IMG/VR virus record: IMGVR_UViG_3300046453_000063
Span: 32,001-96,000 of that record
Direction: 5' to 3' (one strand)
Source: a virus
Length of the DNA: 64,000 bases
Position numbers and translations under genes: made by a program. How positions within the stretch are numbered: position 1 is the first letter of the stretch; every line of letters starts with the position of its first letter. The notes below the pieces were generated by a model. That model saw nothing but the letters and a program-made list of their open reading frames with translations, had not been told where the DNA came from and made no database searches. Shown piece by piece: positions 57,935 through 64,000 of this stretch.

Positions 57935-58591
57935 TTACGCCTTTGGAATTACAACATCTCTGATCTGTCTACCAGTCCAAGAACCAAGGAATAAATGATA
58001 CCCGTAAGCATCCTTATGCGGAATCACTTCTAATCTTTGATGTTGGAAAGAACAGAACGTATGGACTGGATATATAGTGACATCGCCTTTAAGCCATCTA
58101 TAACCATATTCATTTTCTCTAGTAACCCATGGTCTACTTAGTTGTGTAATAATATTTGTATTAGTGTTTTCACTATATGGACGATCATTATAGAAATCGA
58201 GCAACATTTTCACCCACTCATGACCTTTAACACTGCCCATAATAGCTGTAACCATTAGATCCTGAGTTTCATGACCAGTGAATGCACGAGTTTCAAGGAA
58301 TCTGTCTAATGGTTTAACGCAGAAAAAGTCCGAATCTACGTATACGCCCCCTATGGTTAGCAAGGCCCACAATCTTGCGATGTCGGTAGCAAAAGCATAC
58401 TTTTTACGCTTCAGTGCTTCTTGAACAAATGGATATTCATCGACTAGGAAGTTTGATTCGTTAATTTCGACAATTTCCCAAGTTGGATTGTGTTCTTTCC
58501 AACTAGCAATACATTTCTGTACCATTGGAGGTTTCTCGTTATTCCCAAACCAACAATATATCAATCTACGGTCGATAAGTTTTTTAGCCAT
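57935..58591 (-). CDS. glycosyltransferase (GT32, DxD sugar-binding family)
   Basis: YCWFG, CIASWK, AFATDIARL, GGVYVDSD. Confidence 0.9.
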   Translation of the reverse strand: MAKKLIDRRLIYCWFGNNEKPPMVQKCIASWKEHNPTWEIVEINESNFLVDEYPFVQEALKRKKYAFATDIARLWALLTIGGVYVDSDFFCVKPLDRFLETRAFTGHETQDLMVTAIMGSVKGHEWVKMLLDFYNDRPYSENTNTNIITQLSRPWVTRENEYGYRWLKGDVTIYPVHTFCSFQHQRLEVIPHKDAYGYHLFLGSWTGRQIRDVVIPKA

Positions 58592-58592
58592 T

Positions 58593-59378
58593 TTACACCT
58601 CTGATCTACTAAGTCCAAAAGTTTTACGATAGTCTTTTAGTGTCCTGAACCAAAAATGGGGGTGTGGAACATTATTATTTGACCACGGCTTATCTCCTGC
58701 ATAGTGCATAATTCTAACTTTATCTCGTTCAACGTTTAGCCCCGCCGAAATTGATACGTTATATTTATTATCAATCAATAATATCTTCTTCTTACAAGTC
58801 TTGTTCAAAATGCATTGGTCGTGGGCCGGAAATTTCTTGGTGTTTGCTTCGTAAATCCATTTCTCTTGAAGATGATCTTCCCTAATTTTCTTCAGATTCA
58901 TTAGTAATACTCCAGCATTAACATATACATCTTTGTCAGTTAATCCCAACGGTTTCTTCAAATTGTAATGATCTGCATGAATATCTAACGCTCCAGCAAT
59001 ATAATAATCATCAATATTTGTATTGTATAAATCAGTTACATCGCCAACAACCAAAGCGTCTGCATCAATATGAAGCAGCTTATCATCATCGACAAGAGTT
59101 GGAAGTATCAATCTATACAGTGCATACCTTGTAAATCTAGAACTTACGTTCACTGTGCTAGGAATCAACTCTTTGAATTTATCCTCAGCATTAATAAACT
59201 CAATTTTGCATCTGTCACCAAAGTAATCTGTAATATAACTAGCATCAAAAATTCCATCTTTATCAGATATCAAATACACCTTGATATTTCCTTCATTGGT
59301 TTTGAATATAGAATATGTCTCAACCGCTGCCCACTCAGCCCAATTGGGGCTATATATAATAGCAATATTCATAGTCAT
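58593..59378 (-). CDS. glycosyltransferase family 8
   Basis: YRLILP, HIDAD, YVNAGVLLMNL, DQCILN, HYAGDKPW. Confidence 0.92.
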   Translation of the reverse strand: MTMNIAIIYSPNWAEWAAVETYSIFKTNEGNIKVYLISDKDGIFDASYITDYFGDRCKIEFINAEDKFKELIPSTVNVSSRFTRYALYRLILPTLVDDDKLLHIDADALVVGDVTDLYNTNIDDYYIAGALDIHADHYNLKKPLGLTDKDVYVNAGVLLMNLKKIREDHLQEKWIYEANTKKFPAHDQCILNKTCKKKILLIDNKYNVSISAGLNVERDKVRIMHYAGDKPWSNNNVPHPHFWFRTLKDYRKTFGLSRSEV

Positions 59379-59431
59379 GTTAACGATCTCCCTGTAAATT
59401 TTATAGATTTATTTTTATTATATATTCTAAA

Positions 59432-60199
59432 TTACATATCCTTACTCATAATATGTTTTGAAAACGTTGAAACATCGCACCACAACTCGAATCCTTGATC
59501 TTGAGCCATCTTACAAAAATAAGCATCTTCACCTTGAGGATGGTATCCAAACTTCACATTTTTATAAACATTTTTATCTAATAGAAAAACTGCACCTGTT
59601 AAGTCAACTTTATATAATTTCTGTTCTGTTAATGTGGAGGCATTCTTAACATAGTAATTAGAGATATGCTTGTATTGTCCGTTTTCTTCGAGCTTCATAA
59701 TGTTCGGATACTTATGTGGTGCTTCAGGAGATACCAAATAACCATTATATATAAGTGATGATATAATATTTTTATCTGCATTGAGCAAATTGTTAATTAT
59801 ATCATCGGGAACTAAAATATCAGAATCAATAAACAGGAGTTTATCTGTATTGACTTTAGACATGATATGATTCTTCAAAATACTCAAGTGATTGTATATA
59901 TATTCATTTCTGACTTTTGTGCTACGAATATCTTCGGGAACTTTTCGATTCATTGTTTCGATTGTAATAGAGTTGTATTCATTATTATGCAATTGTTTGA
60001 ATTGACGTAAAATTGATTCTGTTTTATCCGTACTGTCATTAATAAGAAAATAGAGTGAGATAAGATTCTTTGGATATGAGATGTTATTAATATGATCAAG
60101 ATATTTATCAATAACAAAATCTCGGTTGCGACATGCTGCCGCTATGGTGATTGATTGATTAAGTGGAGGAGACGGAGAAGACTGTTCAATTTGTGGCAT
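59432..60199 (-). CDS. glycosyltransferase, GT-A fold (GT2-like)
   Basis: ACRNR, NDSTD, FIDSD, TGAVFL, GED. Confidence 0.88.
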   Translation of the reverse strand: MPQIEQSSPSPPLNQSITIAAACRNRDFVIDKYLDHINNISYPKNLISLYFLINDSTDKTESILRQFKQLHNNEYNSITIETMNRKVPEDIRSTKVRNEYIYNHLSILKNHIMSKVNTDKLLFIDSDILVPDDIINNLLNADKNIISSLIYNGYLVSPEAPHKYPNIMKLEENGQYKHISNYYVKNASTLTEQKLYKVDLTGAVFLLDKNVYKNVKFGYHPQGEDAYFCKMAQDQGFELWCDVSTFSKHIMSKDM

Positions 60200-60203
60200 A
60201 TTA

Positions 60204-61442
60204 TTACTCCCTGTTTAAATTATATTTATTGATTATATCTTTATATTTACTACCGTCTTTTCTGACTCTTGACAATGAACCGAAATCATATACATTCTCA
60301 AATTGACTTGTTTTTACTGTCCCTTTGCCAATGTTAAATACTATCCATGAATGACCAGTAGAGATATATTCTTTTGCAAATTCTATCATTTCAATAATTT
60401 TTGTTTCTGTTGGGATGTTGTCTTTTCCTGATATGATTCTTATTTCTTTCCATCCACGACGATGCAGGGCATATCTTCTTCTTTGTTCTTTTTTATCAAA
60501 TTCTTCTTGAGAAATAATTCCGAACTTTACCTTTCCATCATGCAATCCACCATCATATTCGATATATATTCTCTCTTCGGGAAAAGCGATGTCTAGAAAA
60601 GAGGAGTTGTATAAATGGTTTAACTCTCCGCCAACGATATTATGTATATATGCTTGTTGTAATGATACTGGCATACTGTTATTTTCCATAAGACTCTTAA
60701 AGGCTTTGGCTCTGATTTCAGGATTTTTCATGACGTTATCAAACCCAAATCTGCTGATTGTTGTCTCATCTTTTTTCTTTTTTGCGCACTCATCGCATCG
60801 AACATATCCCATACGAAATGAAATAACTGAATTAGACCATTTCTTTCCACAGGCACAAATAAAATCAACACGATTTAGTTGATTCAATAATTCATATTCT
60901 TCTTTTGTAGTGAGCAATGTACAACCACTGTTTGTAAATAGTGATTTTATATCGTCATATTTATTTTTTCTCTTTTTGCCAGCAACTTCGTGTCCGCATC
61001 GGCTACATCCATGGCCTGCCCGAATAGTGTCATATGCTACATAGCACAATTCTCCACACTGACATTCATAAGACACCTTTTCTTTTGCGGAAACGAATGA
61101 AGTTGAGATTAATTTATTCCCAAGTTTTTCAATGAACTCTTTTAAATAATCGTATTCGATTTTCTGCTTGCAGTCATCACAACAAAAATTAATAATTTTA
61201 GTGATAGATCGTATTTCTTGATTTAACCTTCTTCGATATTCTTTATAGGGCAATTGCATGGTGTTTTTGTGGCAATAATCGCATTCCACCAAAACTATTG
61301 AGTGACTCTTATTAGAAAGATGATTCACATTGACATCGATAGTGTCACCTATTTTACATTCGTATCCCATAGACAGAAGATGCTCAATGTTTAATTTCTT
61401 GCAACTAACCCTACGGCTTTTTGTTAATATTATTTTAAACAC
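60204..61442 (-). CDS. zinc-finger-repeat endonuclease with Vsr/DUF559-like domain
   Basis: CxxC repeats; LDIAF...IEYDGGLH...GWKEIRI. Confidence 0.8.
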   Translation of the reverse strand: MFKIILTKSRRVSCKKLNIEHLLSMGYECKIGDTIDVNVNHLSNKSHSIVLVECDYCHKNTMQLPYKEYRRRLNQEIRSITKIINFCCDDCKQKIEYDYLKEFIEKLGNKLISTSFVSAKEKVSYECQCGELCYVAYDTIRAGHGCSRCGHEVAGKKRKNKYDDIKSLFTNSGCTLLTTKEEYELLNQLNRVDFICACGKKWSNSVISFRMGYVRCDECAKKKKDETTISRFGFDNVMKNPEIRAKAFKSLMENNSMPVSLQQAYIHNIVGGELNHLYNSSFLDIAFPEERIYIEYDGGLHDGKVKFGIISQEEFDKKEQRRRYALHRRGWKEIRIISGKDNIPTETKIIEMIEFAKEYISTGHSWIVFNIGKGTVKTSQFENVYDFGSLSRVRKDGSKYKDIINKYNLNRE

Positions 61443-61462
61443 CTCTATTGATATTTAGATAT

Positions 61463-61500
61463 AAAAAAAGCCCATCCGCATTTTTAGAGTGGATGGGCTT
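61463..61500 (-). terminator. terminator after major tail gene
   Basis: AAGCCCATCC...GGATGGGCTT followed by a T run on the - strand. Confidence 0.8.
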
Positions 61501-61517
61501 AATATATTTATCTTTTA

Positions 61518-62312
61518 TTAAGCCAAGTCGCTTTCGTCAAAGATATACATGGTATACAAATCTTTAGAACCAGGAACCGCCAACGCTTCCATTGGAATAT
61601 CCAAAACAGAAGGATCTCCATCTGGAGCCATGGTAAGATTGAATGAATCTTCAATCTTTGCAGAAGGGATAGTGATTTGTGCTGCATAATCAGATTTTGT
61701 CAGAACGTCACGAACAAGGACGTCCAAAACAAGTTTGTAACTTCCTGCAAATTTGTTAGTTTGAGCAGTCATCTTCTTTGTATCAACACCAGTAGTTGTT
61801 TCATAGTAAGCGATAATTTTAGATCCAGTCGGAATATCACCCGTAAAGAAACTAAGAGCTTTACCTGTTACTTTATATTGTCCTGTAGTTGGAGTTGATG
61901 CCGTATATGCAAAATCGTCTCCAAGTGTTCCGTCTGCCAAGAACAAGTTCACACTTTTAAGTGCGCCAGCAGCAGTAGGCGTATAATTGAGCGTTGCAGC
62001 ATTACTTGTTACTGTTAGCACATCGTTAACAATAATTGGTACGGCACCAGTTTCCACTTCTGTTCCCAGCATCATTGCGATCATTTCATTCGAAAAAAGA
62101 GCGTCTTGCAGAGTGAATCTTGCAGCTCTACTCCCAGAAAATCCCAGAATTTTAGGATTCCCAGACCCCCCCATTACATAAGTGACTTCCGATGAATTTT
62201 CGAGGCCACTGGATTTTAAACTGTCCAGCTTTACCTTAAGTTTTCCTGTTGTCAAATCAAAAAATGATGCCGTAGCGACATCACGAATAGCCCAACGGTT
62301 TGTTGTTGCCAT
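61518..62312 (-). CDS. major tail (tube) protein
   Basis: WAIRDVA, GGSGNP, DGDPS; strong RBS; followed by terminator. Confidence 0.75.
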   Translation of the reverse strand: MATTNRWAIRDVATASFFDLTTGKLKVKLDSLKSSGLENSSEVTYVMGGSGNPKILGFSGSRAARFTLQDALFSNEMIAMMLGTEVETGAVPIIVNDVLTVTSNAATLNYTPTAAGALKSVNLFLADGTLGDDFAYTASTPTTGQYKVTGKALSFFTGDIPTGSKIIAYYETTTGVDTKKMTAQTNKFAGSYKLVLDVLVRDVLTKSDYAAQITIPSAKIEDSFNLTMAPDGDPSVLDIPMEALAVPGSKDLYTMYIFDESDLA

Positions 62313-62328
62313 TAATAAATTCCTCCTA

Positions 62329-63045
62329 TTAATCTATAATTTTTGTCCAAGCACTTTCTTGCAATTTGATTTTTGAGGAATCAATATTACCAGTGTAAAT
62401 GCCTGTAAGGATGCCATTATAGTGATCTATGTTTTCCATCCTGTAATAACCGTCATATACTTGATAGATAGTTAAATTACCAATTTCTAAAATGTTTAAA
62501 TTTGATTTCCATGAGAGTCCAGATACAATACTCGGTAGATTGGTAATTGGTTTCTTTGGTGGTCTCTTGGCTCTATCACCTAAGATTTTATCCATAAATT
62601 CTTTTGCTTTAGAGTTACTAGGATTAAACTCATCCTCTGGTTTTTTATCAGGAATTCTATTCGCGATCTTTATTAGTCTTTGTATTTCTTCAAGAGAATT
62701 GTGATCAACAAGAGAGTCGCCTAAGACAAAACAAGGGGCGTTATTGATAATTTCTACCTTTATTTCTTCTTTAAAGATTAAATTTGATCCAATCTCAACA
62801 GAATTTCTAAAGCTTTCGTCTTTAACAAAAAAATGAACCATCAAATCGAAATTAGACTCTTTAATTTCCTTTAAGTCTTCAAATAGATTTTTATCAAATA
62901 GAAGAGAGGATAGTCCATAATTATATGTATCATAACCAACAGATACTATTTCATTTAATGTTGGTGAATATATATTCACACCATTAATGCTAACTGGCTG
63001 ACCCAATAAGAGCTTAAGACTAATGCTTTCATCTATATCACTCAT
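62329..63045 (-). CDS. virion morphogenesis protein
   Basis: IYSPTLNEI, LTIYQ; tail operon. Confidence 0.6.
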   Translation of the reverse strand: MSDIDESISLKLLLGQPVSINGVNIYSPTLNEIVSVGYDTYNYGLSSLLFDKNLFEDLKEIKESNFDLMVHFFVKDESFRNSVEIGSNLIFKEEIKVEIINNAPCFVLGDSLVDHNSLEEIQRLIKIANRIPDKKPEDEFNPSNSKAKEFMDKILGDRAKRPPKKPITNLPSIVSGLSWKSNLNILEIGNLTIYQVYDGYYRMENIDHYNGILTGIYTGNIDSSKIKLQESAWTKIID

Positions 63046-63518
63046 CTATTGAAGTCCACAGGTTTATAGGTGATTGCGTATCCTTGGAATTTTTCATTGA
63101 CCACATATTCATTCAATGCTTTGAATTCCAATTTACCTAAGCCTATCCCATCTTTATAATTCAGCATCTCATCAATTTTATTAGCAATGAAGTCAACTCT
63201 TGTACATTGATAATCTGTTTTGAATGTATCTCTATGAGTAAATACATTAACTGAAACTATGCCAGTCTTAAAACTGTTATTCACCAATCGATAATCACCT
63301 AATGCAAGCGCAATATATGTTCCAGTAGTTAAGTTTATATCTGGAATGAAGCGATGGGGAAATATACACTTATATATCAACTCAGTGGTATCTTCAATAT
63401 CTGGCTTATTTAAGAAATCAGGAGATTGATAAAACAATGCCTTGCACAATTCCTGATTTTCTAGAATTCTACCGATTATCGTATTTTTATATTCACTAAT
63501 TTCCAAGAAAAAAGACAT
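63042..63518 (-). CDS. putative tail terminator/completion protein
   Basis: RVDFIANKIDEMLN, GIGLGKL; position. Confidence 0.6.
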   Translation of the reverse strand: MSFFLEISEYKNTIIGRILENQELCKALFYQSPDFLNKPDIEDTTELIYKCIFPHRFIPDINLTTGTYIALALGDYRLVNNSFKTGIVSVNVFTHRDTFKTDYQCTRVDFIANKIDEMLNYKDGIGLGKLEFKALNEYVVNEKFQGYAITYKPVDFNR

Positions 63519-63539
63519 TGTAATATCACTTCCTGACTT

Positions 63540-64000
63540 TTAATACAACGGTTTAATCCTAACTCTCTTCATTACAATACTCTTACCATCAACATCTCCA
63601 GCAATCAATTGTACATATCCAACTTTGCTTCCAGCCAGCACAGTAAATGTATTTGTAACACTATCTTGAGCACTAATACTAGCCAAAGTTGTCACACTTA
63701 CTCCATCGTCAGCTTTCAATGAAATTACACTTTCATCAGTATACTCAACACCATTGTCATAAAAATTAATGACATAGGATTGACTCTTACCAACCGTAAT
63801 CTCATCTTTACCAACAATATCACAAGTATAATTATGTGTGACGACATCAGTGATGTTAACTTGAATAGACGCTGTTTGACCTTTAAATGATACATCAATT
63901 ATTACAATTCCAGACCTCAGAGGGGTAACGAGACCTGTAGTTGATACTGTAGCTACATCCTCAAAATCAATTGAATAAACTAAGACAGGAGACTCTATAA
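63540..64000 (-). CDS. Ig-like virion protein, 5'-partial
   Basis: Open frame ...DVATVSTTGLVTPLRSG...RVRIKPLY*. Confidence 0.7.
   Translation of the reverse strand, partial: IESPVLVYSIDFEDVATVSTTGLVTPLRSGIVIIDVSFKGQTASIQVNITDVVTHNYTCDIVGKDEITVGKSQSYVINFYDNGVEYTDESVISLKADDGVSVTTLASISAQDSVTNTFTVLAGSKVGYVQLIAGDVDGKSIVMKRVRIKPLY

Overview
About 64 kb from a large, AT-rich, SPbeta-like temperate siphophage of a Bacillales host (Paenibacillus-like, by inference). From 1 to 29.9 kb (+ strand) it carries early and replication genes. These include class III (nrdDG) and class II (nrdJ) ribonucleotide reductases, dut-thyA-dfr, many small accessory ORFs, a sigma factor and a ParM/ParR pair. Next come a DnaE polymerase split by a group I intron with a GIY-YIG endonuclease, RusA, two tRNAs and a large serine recombinase whose 3' end holds an attP-like palindrome, so the DNA looks non-integrated. 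From 30 to 64 kb (mostly - strand) lie an AEP-type Rep/primase, an SGNH esterase module, lysis genes, an acyltransferase moron, the tail genes, a tyrosine recombinase, three glycosyltransferases inside the tail operon and more homing endonucleases. The strongest unexplained signal is a dispersed 22-bp palindrome (8-bp arm, variable 6-bp spacer, 8-bp arm; core ATRAAA-N6-TTTYAT). At least 12 copies sit at gene boundaries, bracket single accessory genes like cassettes and flank the tyrosine recombinase. Four copies carry an extra upstream palindrome whose core occurs in both orientations. This is a candidate phage gene-cassette recombination system. Other highlights are a possible virion-glycosylation cassette and a separate oriented operator-like repeat over sigma-A promoters. 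All calls come from reading the sequence by eye; no searches were run.
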